20,387 nucleotides of DNA. Origin: an uncultured bacterium (GTDB lineage: Bacteria > Lernaellota > Lernaellaia > Lernaellales > Lernaellaceae). The stretch spans positions 1 to 20,387 of the forward strand of contig CAZHPN010000108.1 of the NCBI GenBank assembly GCA_964534375.1, given 5' to 3'. Position numbers and translations under genes: made by a program. Within the stretch, counting starts at the first letter, position 1. Each line of letters opens with the position of its first letter. Below, one piece after another: positions 1-7,664 of this stretch. A model generated the notes under the pieces. That model had not been told where the DNA came from, did no database searches, and saw nothing but the letters and a program-made list of their open reading frames with translations.

Positions 1-1
1 C

Positions 2-1108
2 GTGCAGCTTGTTTTCTCTGGCATCGCCTCGGCGACCACGACCGGCCGCGACGAAGAGGAAACCCGCAAGAAAATCACGTCGCTGCTCGAACGCGGCGAG
101 CGCATCATCGTCATCGACAACGTGCGCGCCGGCATCGACTCGGCGCAAATCGCGTCGGCCCTGACTTCGACCGTGTGGACCGATCGCGCCCTTGGCTCGA
201 ATCGCATGATCGCGGCCCCAAACCGCGCCGTGTGGATTTTCACCGGCAACAATCCCGACCTCAGCCTTGAACTCGCGCGGCGGTCAATCCGAATCCGCAT
301 CGACGCGGAAACTGACCGCCCGTTCGAGCGCGTGGGATTCAAACACGACCCGATCAGAGAATGGGCTACAGAAAATCGGCGCGCTTTGATCTCGGCCGCG
401 CTGACTCTCGTGCAGAATTGGAAGGCGTGTGGTTGCGTACCTGAAACCAAGAAGCGCCTCGGCTCGTTTGAGGCGTGGTCGGCCCTCGTCGGCGGCATCC
501 TCGCCGCGGGCGGCGTCCCTGGCTTTCTCGAAAATCAGAGCGACCTCTACGACACAAGCGACTCCAAAACGGCCGACTGGAAAGCCTTTGTCGAACTATG
601 GGGCGAAAAACTTGGCGCGGCGACATATTCTTCGGTTGATTTGGTAGATTTTGCCGTCGAGAATGACATGCTCGCTGAGTTATTAGGCGACGATTCGCGC
701 CGCGTTCAATCAATTCGCATGGGTAAACAGCTTCGGCGGGTCCGTGACACCACTATCCGCAAATGGAAGATCGTTTCGCGCCGGGACCATCACGCAAAAG
801 CGCAACTCTGGAAACTAGAGCCTGTTCACCTTCAAATCCTGCCGCCGCTTGCGGGTAGTGCGGGGAGTGGCGGAAAAGTCGAAACGGCACTACCCGCCGA
901 TCAACTACTTGAAAATAAAGCGTTTGCGGATAGTGCGGGTAGTGATTCTCTTATACTCACACACGAGAAAAAAACTGATGCTTTGTTAAATGCCATAGAC
1001 GAGCCGCGGGGAGCACTACCCGCAACTCCCCGCACTATCCGCAGCCAAAAATTCGACGAAAACAGCGCCGATCAACAAATGAAAATCGACCTCGCAAAAC
1101 TCGATTAG
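2..1108 (+). CDS. Phage primase-associated SF3-like helicase/replication protein, C-terminal part (5' truncated by window)
   Basis: Walker-B-like IIVIDN, then DRALG and motif-C-like WIFTGNN...LARR, typical of phage primase-helicase fusions. Walker A lies upstream of the window. The low-complexity C-terminus coincides with DNA repeats. Confidence 0.75.
   Translation: MQLVFSGIASATTTGRDEEETRKKITSLLERGERIIVIDNVRAGIDSAQIASALTSTVWTDRALGSNRMIAAPNRAVWIFTGNNPDLSLELARRSIRIRIDAETDRPFERVGFKHDPIREWATENRRALISAALTLVQNWKACGCVPETKKRLGSFEAWSALVGGILAAGGVPGFLENQSDLYDTSDSKTADWKAFVELWGEKLGAATYSSVDLVDFAVENDMLAELLGDDSRRVQSIRMGKQLRRVRDTTIRKWKIVSRRDHHAKAQLWKLEPVHLQILPPLAGSAGSGGKVETALPADQLLENKAFADSAGSDSLILTHEKKTDALLNAIDEPRGALPATPRTIRSQKFDENSADQQMKIDLAKLD
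851..1042. repeat. Cluster of 9-bp GCGG(G/A)(T/G)AGT iteron-like repeats in both orientations around AT-rich spacers; putative replication origin
   Basis: + copies at 851, 860, 926, 935 (variant GCGGGGAGC at 1006). - copies at 889-897, 1015-1023, 1025-1033, 1034-1042. 851-861 is the exact reverse complement of 887-897 and 1013-1023. AT-rich DNA at ~901-925 and ~945-1000. Confidence 0.75.
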
Positions 1109-1127
1109 TTATTAGAAGGAGCACGAA

Positions 1128-1253
1128 ATGACCAGAAATCCGCATACGCCGTCAAAGCCTTTCAACCCCTGGCCCTGGCCTGTCTGCATCGCCTGTTACC
1201 TCGCCGGCGCGGCATCAATCCTCGGCTTTTTGTTCTGGCTGGCGAAACCATGA
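1128..1253 (+). CDS. 41-aa single-pass membrane protein (not in ORF track)
   Basis: AAGGAG SD upstream of ATG 1128. Translation MTRNPHTPSKPFNPWPWPVCIACYLAGAASILGFLFWLAKP. The stop overlaps the next start (ATGA, 1250-1253). Confidence 0.7.
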   Translation: MTRNPHTPSKPFNPWPWPVCIACYLAGAASILGFLFWLAKP

Positions 1254-1894
1254 CGCAGCCGGCCGTCGAACCGTTTTTCAACGCCTCGCAATTTCTTTAT
1301 GTTTCGACCTCGCTCGATCACATCTTGCTCGACGACGACAGCACCCAGGACCATGTTGACCCCACGACCAAAAAAATCTACCGCCGCCTCGACCCCGCTT
1401 TCTACTCGTGGATTCGCGCCAGTATGGAAAAACTGAAAACCAAAAAAGACCGCCTCGACCCGGCTTGGATCGACCTCAAGGCGCGGTTCGCCATCCTGCA
1501 CACCTGGGCCGTCGATCACTACGGAATGCAAGCCCTCGTCGATCAGGTCAACAAGAACAACACGGCGCAATACTCGCCGCCGCGCCCCAAAATGCCGGAC
1601 GACCTCACTGACGACGCCGTTGCCGGCTTGTGTGCCCTGCTCTCGTCTCACCCTGACGGCGTTTGCGAGATCGAAGTGAAGTGCAGCGCCGGCCGCTTCA
1701 CGCTCGTCGTGGCGTACTCTGAACCCAAACGCACAGACCGCCTCGAAATTTCCCTGCACGACTTCTCGTACATGGTCGAAATCAAACGCCTGTTCCCCGC
1801 GGCGCACTTCGACCTCTTTGACCAGCAGAAAGCAGCAACAGCCACGGCCGCGAAATCAGCACAACGTCGCTTTCGCTCGACGAGGAAACCATGA
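1250..1894 (+). CDS. Hypothetical phage protein (214 aa)
   Basis: ATGA-coupled at both ends, natural-looking composition, no recognised catalytic motif. Confidence 0.75.
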   Translation: MTQPAVEPFFNASQFLYVSTSLDHILLDDDSTQDHVDPTTKKIYRRLDPAFYSWIRASMEKLKTKKDRLDPAWIDLKARFAILHTWAVDHYGMQALVDQVNKNNTAQYSPPRPKMPDDLTDDAVAGLCALLSSHPDGVCEIEVKCSAGRFTLVVAYSEPKRTDRLEISLHDFSYMVEIKRLFPAAHFDLFDQQKAATATAAKSAQRRFRSTRKP

Positions 1895-2337
1895 TTCACC
1901 GCAAGCAAACGCCTGTTTCCCTGCTCATCACCGGATATTTGATTTACCATCGCCACGGTATGCGGCCCTGCATCACAGACAAGGCGCTCGACGTGCTGAT
2001 GACCGGGATTGTCGCACGAGGCGGTTACAACGTCGGTGAAAAACAAGCAGACATAAAAGCGTTCTGGTCCGCGGTCGGCCTCGCTTTCTGGCGCGCGGAT
2101 AAAGAGCGAAGCATCCTCATTCACTACGCCGCCTATTGCATCGGCGGACGGCAAATAAAATACGTTCGCAAGCAGCTTCACCTTCGTCATCGCGCCGCCT
2201 GGGACTGGATTGATCGCATCGAGTGGAAAATTCAGGGCGAACTCGACCGGCTCGGCATCGAAACCGCGAAAAATGAACATTTTGCCCCGAACCTCTTGCA
2301 TGACCTCGCCGGCGCGCCAGCTTCGGCACTCGACTAA
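1891..2337 (+). CDS. Putative late-gene regulator (Q-like antiterminator or RinA/ArpU-like activator)
   Basis: 148 aa, basic, with a C-terminal HTH-like segment (GRQIKYVRKQLHLRHRAAWDWIDRI). Last gene before the AT-rich promoter region that precedes the packaging genes. Function inferred from position and size. Confidence 0.5.
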   Translation: MIHRKQTPVSLLITGYLIYHRHGMRPCITDKALDVLMTGIVARGGYNVGEKQADIKAFWSAVGLAFWRADKERSILIHYAAYCIGGRQIKYVRKQLHLRHRAAWDWIDRIEWKIQGELDRLGIETAKNEHFAPNLLHDLAGAPASALD

Positions 2338-2344
2338 CCATGCC

Positions 2345-2384
2345 AAAACGCAAGCGTTTTTATTTATTTTACGGATTTCCGTAA
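2345..2384. promoter_or_regulatory. Two 7-2-7 inverted repeats upstream of the late promoter (candidate operator/activator sites)
   Basis: AAAACGC-AA-GCGTTTT (2345-2360) and TTACGGA-TT-TCCGTAA (2369-2384). The second ends 6 bp before the -35 box. Confidence 0.5.
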
Positions 2385-2390
2385 TTTCGC

Positions 2391-2420
2391 TTGACTTCGG
2401 AACTTTGTTTTCCCTAGAAT
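2391..2420 (+). promoter_or_regulatory. Sigma70-type late promoter
   Basis: -35 TTGACT (2391-2396), 18-bp spacer, -10 TAGAAT (2415-2420), with an AT-rich upstream region in an otherwise GC-rich genome. Confidence 0.7.
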
Positions 2421-2468
2421 CCTTACGCTACCGATCAGTACGGGAACCAAGAAAACGCCAGTTGTTGC

Positions 2469-2496
2469 AGCCGGGAATCTTCCCGGCTTTTTCTTT
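2469..2496 (+). terminator. Intrinsic terminator just downstream of the late promoter
   Basis: Stem AGCCGGGA / TCCCGGCT, loop ATCT, followed by TTTTCTTT. Confidence 0.8.
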
Positions 2497-2509
2497 ATGG
2501 AGCGCATTC

Positions 2510-2716
2510 ATGGCGAACCTTGCGGGCCAACAGACGAAAAAACGCGCCTCGTGCATGAACTCGACCGACCGTTCCATTATTTTGTTCGTTCGCTCGCTCA
2601 TCAGATCGCATTTCCCGGCCCGCGATGACCCGTCGCAAAAACGTTTCCTCGACATGATCGCGGAAATTGAAAATACCATCATCGCCAAAATCCGCACCGC
2701 GGAATCGAAAGGCTGA
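2510..2716 (+). CDS. Hypothetical protein (68 aa), first gene of the late operon
   Basis: GGAG at 2499-2502 precedes ATG 2510, in the frame of track ORF 2210..2716. The upstream extension crosses the promoter and terminator and is unlikely to be coding. Confidence 0.55.
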   Translation: MANLAGQQTKKRASCMNSTDRSIILFVRSLIRSHFPARDDPSQKRFLDMIAEIENTIIAKIRTAESKG

Positions 2717-2721
2717 CCACA

Positions 2722-3129
2722 ATGAACCCTGCAATCCAAGCCATCGCCGGAAAATTGCTTTCTCGTAAACTGCTCGGCATGAGCGGCGGCATCGGCGGCC
2801 TCGTCGCCATTGCCCTAGCTGTCGGCGCGGGCACGATTGCCCTGCCTGTCGGCCTCGCTTTTGGCGGGATTGTCGCGGCCCTTACCGCAACGCAGATCAT
2901 CACGCAGTACAAAATCGACATGGCGCAGATCGTCGCGGACGCGAAAGCAAAAGGCATCCCGATCGTGCCGCCTACCATCGGCCAAATCATCAAAGAAATT
3001 ACGGCCCCCACGGTTGAAATTCCTGCGCCGGCGCATAGCGCGCCCTCTGACGCTGCGGCTGGCGCGGGAATCCCTGCCGCGCCGAAAAAAGTTGACCCCT
3101 ACAACCCTGGCCCTGACAACGAAGGCTAA
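2722..3129 (+). CDS. Holin-like membrane protein with Pro/Ala-rich tail
   Basis: N-terminal KLLSRKL, then two hydrophobic segments (aa ~17-60) and a disordered Pro/Ala-rich C-terminus. Resembles SRKF-type small holins. Confidence 0.55.
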   Translation: MNPAIQAIAGKLLSRKLLGMSGGIGGLVAIALAVGAGTIALPVGLAFGGIVAALTATQIITQYKIDMAQIVADAKAKGIPIVPPTIGQIIKEITAPTVEIPAPAHSAPSDAAAGAGIPAAPKKVDPYNPGPDNEG

Positions 3130-3144
3130 AATCGAATTTCCAAA

Positions 3145-3657
3145 ATGACCGAAAAAAAATCCCGCAAGCCTCTGAAAGCCACGGCTGAGGAAACAAAAAA
3201 AAAAGAGCGCGGCACGACGGGCGCGACCTCGCCGGCTTGGAAACCGCTGGATTACGCGAAGATCGAACAGGCGGGTTATGAGGGGCTTTCGGTGCCTTAC
3301 GGCGTGGCGCGGCGGTTGCAAGTCGATTACGACACGGCGCGGCGGCATTTTGACGCCGACCCTTTGTGTTGGGAATCGTATCAGGCGGGACAGGCGCTTT
3401 TTCAGGACCGGCTAGAGCAGTTAGGGCGCGGCAACGCGGTCGGCGACAAGGCCATGCCGGCGCTGAAACCCGGTCAAGCGACGATGTTGATTTTCGCGCT
3501 CAAGTGCAAGGTGAATTGGACCGAGATACAGCGCGTCGAGCACACGGTTGACGTGACTGCAAAGGCGCGGGAACTCGCGGATAAATTCGGCATCAGCATC
3601 GACGAGGCGGAACGGCGGCTTGCCGACAAGCTGGCAACGGTGAAGGTGAAAAAATAA
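3145..3657 (+). CDS. terS: Terminase small subunit
   Basis: Directly upstream of TerL. N-terminal HTH-like segment (GLSVPYGVARRLQVDYDTARRH) and TerS-like ATMLIFALKCKVNW...EH motif. Confidence 0.8.
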   Translation: MTEKKSRKPLKATAEETKKKERGTTGATSPAWKPLDYAKIEQAGYEGLSVPYGVARRLQVDYDTARRHFDADPLCWESYQAGQALFQDRLEQLGRGNAVGDKAMPALKPGQATMLIFALKCKVNWTEIQRVEHTVDVTAKARELADKFGISIDEAERRLADKLATVKVKK

Positions 3658-3680
3658 CGCGCGGAAGGGCGGCGGACGCA

Positions 3681-5207
3681 TTGACCAGCATTGACTACAA
3701 GAAGCTGGCGCAGACCGCCAAACGGCACGCGAAAATGTTGCCCCCTGTCAACGCTGGCGGGCCTACGGCGCTTGACCTCGCCGCGGCGCAAGTCGCCCTA
3801 GAAATTGAGCTTGAACGCGACCGGGCCGCTGGCGTCGGCGTCGAAAGCTGGCGCAACGGCATCGCGTCGTTTGCGCAACATCTGAGCCGCGGCGCGTGGC
3901 AACCCTATCGGCATTGTGTTCATGCCGCGACGGTCATCGAGCGCGAGCTTGCCAAGGGCGCGGCGCGCGTCATCGTGAACATGCCGCCGCGATACGGCAA
4001 GAGCCAACTGTTCTCTTACTGGTTGCCGGCGTGGCTGCTGGATCGCAACCCTGACACGCGCGTTTTGGCGTGCAGCTATTCGGCCGACCTCGCGGTTGAT
4101 TGGGCGTGGAAGGTTCGGAATCTCGCTGAGGAATGCGCCGAGTTGAATTTCGCGGTCGCGCACGGCAAGGGCGACAAAGCATATTGGGGAACGGCCGACC
4201 GTTCGGGCAAGACGCGGACGGGCGGCATCAAAGCGGCCGGCGTCAACGGTTCAATAACAGGCTTCGGCGGCAACGTTCTCATCCTCGACGACCCGGTAAA
4301 GAATTGGGCCGAAGCGCACAGCCCTGCTTTCGACGGCGCTTTCGACGGCTGGTGGGGTTCGACGTTTTTCTCGCGGCTCGAACCGGGCGGCTCAATCGTG
4401 ATCGTGATGACGCGATGGACAGACCACGACCCGACCGCGAAGCTAATCAAGTCCATGCCTGGGAAATGGACGGTAATACGGCTTCCTGAACTTGCCGAGG
4501 ACCACGACCCGTTAGGGCGCGCAATCGGCGAGGCGCTTTGTCCTGAACGTTACCCGTTGACCGAAGTGCTCGAAAAGAAAGAGACGGTTGGCCCCTACGT
4601 TTGGGCTGGTATGCACCAGCAGCGCCCTGCGCCGATTGGCGGCAACATCGTCAAGCGGGACCAATTTCAATACTACACGGAACAGCCGGCGCTCTCGCAG
4701 TTTGAAAAGACCTCGCAGTATTGGGATTTCAACGTCAAAGAGACCGTCCGCGGTTCCTACGTTTGCGGCCAAGTATGGGGCCGACGCGGCGCGGAATACT
4801 GGCTGCTCGACCAAGTACGCGGCCGATGGGGTTATCCAGAAGCACGCGAGGCGGTGCGCTCGCTGTCGTCGAAGTGGCCCGCCGTGATTCAAAAGATGGT
4901 CGAGGCGAAGGCGAACGGCCCTGCGGTCATGGCCGACTTGCAATCGACGATTGACGGCTTCATGCCCTTCGAGCCTTACGGCGACAAGGTGCAGCGGTTC
5001 ATCGGCGTGTCGCCGCTGATTACGGCGCACAACGTTTTCATTCCTGACCCGACCATCGCCCGATGGGTTCACGACTACGTTGACGAGACAACGACGTTCC
5101 CGAACTCGACCAACAACGACCAAGTGGACACTACGAGCATGGCCTTGGCCGATCTCCGCGACTTCAATTTCAAAATCCTCATCGGCAGACCGGATCGAGA
5201 TAACTGA
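3681..5207 (+). CDS. terL: Terminase large subunit (Terminase_6-like)
   Basis: Walker A NMPPRYGKS, Walker B LILDDPVK, coupling motif VMTRW, nuclease motifs WD, VEAKANG and NDQVD. TTG start; in-frame ATG at 3735 is an alternative. Confidence 0.95.
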   Translation: MTSIDYKKLAQTAKRHAKMLPPVNAGGPTALDLAAAQVALEIELERDRAAGVGVESWRNGIASFAQHLSRGAWQPYRHCVHAATVIERELAKGAARVIVNMPPRYGKSQLFSYWLPAWLLDRNPDTRVLACSYSADLAVDWAWKVRNLAEECAELNFAVAHGKGDKAYWGTADRSGKTRTGGIKAAGVNGSITGFGGNVLILDDPVKNWAEAHSPAFDGAFDGWWGSTFFSRLEPGGSIVIVMTRWTDHDPTAKLIKSMPGKWTVIRLPELAEDHDPLGRAIGEALCPERYPLTEVLEKKETVGPYVWAGMHQQRPAPIGGNIVKRDQFQYYTEQPALSQFEKTSQYWDFNVKETVRGSYVCGQVWGRRGAEYWLLDQVRGRWGYPEAREAVRSLSSKWPAVIQKMVEAKANGPAVMADLQSTIDGFMPFEPYGDKVQRFIGVSPLITAHNVFIPDPTIARWVHDYVDETTTFPNSTNNDQVDTTSMALADLRDFNFKILIGRPDRDN

Positions 5208-5209
5208 CA

Positions 5210-6526
5210 ATGTGGCCTTTCTCGACGAAAGCAAAGACGCCGGCCCGCGGCAACGCGGCAAGCGCGACGGATCGCTTGCCTAATTTCGTCGCGGATATTG
5301 CGCCTACGATCGTGCCGGTTTGGCTGGCGAACAAAGCCAAGTACAACGCCTGGAAGATCGACCGCGCCGTTCGTGACGGCATGGTGGCGACGACCTGGGT
5401 GTATGTCTGCGTAACGCGCCTGATGGACGCCGTGGCGTGCGTGCCTTGGAAAGCGAAGCGTCTGACTTCGCCGGGAGTGTACGAGCAGCGGGACGACGAC
5501 CCCCTCGGCGCGCTGATCGCGCGGCCGAACGCCTTTTTCTCGTGGGGTCAACTGGCGAAAATCTGGACCGCGCACATGAACCTGGGCGGCAACGCGGTTT
5601 TCAAGATGGTCATGGTCAACGGCCAATGCGCCGAAATTTGGCCTTTGTTTCCCGATTGCGTGCTGATCTGGCCGGATACGCAAGAGTACATTCAAAAATA
5701 CCAGTACAATTTGAACGGCGTGCTGACCGACATGCCGACCGACGAAATAATCCACGATATGTTTCCGAACCCGGCCGACACGTTTTGGGGTTTGGGGCCA
5801 TTGCAAGCGGCGGCGAAAATCGTGGACACGGACGCCGAGGCGGTCGATTTCAACAAGATCGCTCTGCAAAATTTCGGCGTACCTGACGCCATCGTGTCGT
5901 TCAAGCATCCGCTCAACCAAGTGCAATTTGACGACGCGCGGGCCGCCATCAAAAAGTCGTTTCAGGGGCAAGAAAACGCCCACATGCCGGTCATCATGGG
6001 GAACGACGCCGTTTGGCAGCAGATTACGCAAACGATGAAAGAATTGGATTTTATCGCCTCGCGCCGAATGACCGCGGTTGAAATTTGCGGCGCGTTCAAA
6101 GTGCCGCCCCCGGTCGCGGGCCTGTACGAGTCGGCGGCGCTCAAGGTCGAAACCGCGCGCATGATTTTCTGGCTAGACACGGTTATCCCCTTTCTCGAAG
6201 GGATGAAAAGCGTCCTGAATCGCTCGCTCGCGCCGAAATTCGGCCCTGACGCCTATCTCGATTATGACGTGTCGGGCGTCGAGGCTTTGGCCGCGGTGTT
6301 TTCCGCGAAAGTCGATACGGGTTTCAAGCTCTGGTCGATGGGCGTGCCGTTCAACACGGTCAACCACCAGCTAGGGTTAGGTTTCGACGAAATAGAGGGC
6401 GGCGACATTGGTTGGCTGTCCTCCACGTTGACGCCGGCCGAGGCGAACGCAGGGCCAACGCCTTCTGTGGCGGGCGGCAAGCCTGACGAGCAGCCGGCCG
6501 CGCCACCAAAGGGCGGCGGCGGCTGA
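5210..6526 (+). CDS. Portal protein (HK97-like)
   Basis: Follows TerL. Motifs WVYVCV, RPN, LGGNA, GLGPLQAA, LDFIASR, EICGAFKVPP, GFDEIEGGD. Confidence 0.93.
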   Translation: MWPFSTKAKTPARGNAASATDRLPNFVADIAPTIVPVWLANKAKYNAWKIDRAVRDGMVATTWVYVCVTRLMDAVACVPWKAKRLTSPGVYEQRDDDPLGALIARPNAFFSWGQLAKIWTAHMNLGGNAVFKMVMVNGQCAEIWPLFPDCVLIWPDTQEYIQKYQYNLNGVLTDMPTDEIIHDMFPNPADTFWGLGPLQAAAKIVDTDAEAVDFNKIALQNFGVPDAIVSFKHPLNQVQFDDARAAIKKSFQGQENAHMPVIMGNDAVWQQITQTMKELDFIASRRMTAVEICGAFKVPPPVAGLYESAALKVETARMIFWLDTVIPFLEGMKSVLNRSLAPKFGPDAYLDYDVSGVEALAAVFSAKVDTGFKLWSMGVPFNTVNHQLGLGFDEIEGGDIGWLSSTLTPAEANAGPTPSVAGGKPDEQPAAPPKGGGG

Positions 6527-7638
6527 TGTGCGGCCACTGTGAGGCCAACGCCGCGCTGAACTGCACGAAGGACGGCGACGGTTACAAGCCTCGCCGGCCC
6601 CCGATTGGCAGCGACCCCTACGGCGCGACGAAACCAAGCGCCATACCGCGCCCTGGGCCTCGTGGGCGCGAGATCGTGCCGAAGCCTGGGCTGCCGGCTG
6701 AATACCCCAGGTATTTGAAGCCGATCCCGGTGAACGACCGGGACATAGAGGCGAAGCTGCAAAGCTACGTCAAGGCTCATACCGGGGAGATCGAGCGGTG
6801 GCTGTATTCGACGTGGGAAGCGGACGCCGAGGCGATCAAGTATCAGGAAATCAGCAACGCAATCCGCGACGGCGAATTGCCGAAAGGATGGGTCGAACGC
6901 TGGCAGCAGAGTTACGCGCGTTTCATCAACGACAAGCTCGCGCCGGATTGGGTCGCGTCGATGGCGGCGGGCGGCGGCTACATGGCCGACCAGCTTGCAA
7001 AGAAATTCGGCATCAACGCGCTGTTTCCCGACTCGGCGCAACGGCTGAACGACTGGATCAAGCACCGGGCGGCGGAACTGGCGGTCAATTTCAGCGACCA
7101 GCAGACCTTGGCCGTGCGGGCGCTGATCCGGCATTTGGGCGTCGATGAGGGCATGGGACCAACCGCGCTCGCGCGCTACCTGCGGCCAGTGATCGGCCTG
7201 ACGTTCAAAGAAGAAGCGGCCGTTATGAAATACCGGCAGGCGCAGCTTGCGCTTGGTCGGCCGGAAAAGGCGGTTGAGCATCTTGTCGGCAATTATTCGG
7301 GGTTCCTGCATCGGCGGCGTGCGGAGCGCATTGCGCAAACCGAGCTTTCGTTTGCGTACAACAACGGCGCGCTCGAAGAAATGCGCCACGTCCGCGACAA
7401 GGGAATAATCCGCGACCCGATTGTGAAGAAATGGCTCACGGCAGGGACCGAACACACTTGCGAATTTTGTGAAGGGCTGAACGGTCAAATCGTTGACCTC
7501 GAAGAAACGTACCCCGGCGCGACTGACACGCTTCCAAACACTTACGTCCCGCCGGCTCATCCGAAATGTCAATGCACGTTGCTCTATGAGCTATTGACGA
7601 TAAACGGGCGACCGAACATCTGGCTCGCGGCGGCGTAA
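6526..7638 (+). CDS. Minor head / head morphogenesis protein (Mu gpF / SPP1 gp7-like)
   Basis: RAERIAQTE, KKWLT, CEFCEGLNG and PPAHPKCQC motifs. TGATG overlap with the portal gene. Confidence 0.88.
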   Translation: MCGHCEANAALNCTKDGDGYKPRRPPIGSDPYGATKPSAIPRPGPRGREIVPKPGLPAEYPRYLKPIPVNDRDIEAKLQSYVKAHTGEIERWLYSTWEADAEAIKYQEISNAIRDGELPKGWVERWQQSYARFINDKLAPDWVASMAAGGGYMADQLAKKFGINALFPDSAQRLNDWIKHRAAELAVNFSDQQTLAVRALIRHLGVDEGMGPTALARYLRPVIGLTFKEEAAVMKYRQAQLALGRPEKAVEHLVGNYSGFLHRRRAERIAQTELSFAYNNGALEEMRHVRDKGIIRDPIVKKWLTAGTEHTCEFCEGLNGQIVDLEETYPGATDTLPNTYVPPAHPKCQCTLLYELLTINGRPNIWLAAA

Positions 7639-7664
7639 ATATCATCACAAAATCGAGGCGGCAA

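Noticed and set aside
851..1042. Repeat cluster as a CRISPR array or transposon end
   Set aside because: The units are 9 bp, in both orientations, without unique spacers of regular length; no cas or transposase gene is present.
2421..2440. Sigma-dependent pause (-10-like TACGCT at 2424-2429) as in lambda pR'
   Set aside because: It overlaps the predicted start site rather than lying downstream, and a TAnnnT match alone is too weak.
2210..2509. Upstream extension of ORF 2210..2716
   Set aside because: It runs through the previous gene, the promoter and the terminator. ATG 2510 with GGAG is the better start.
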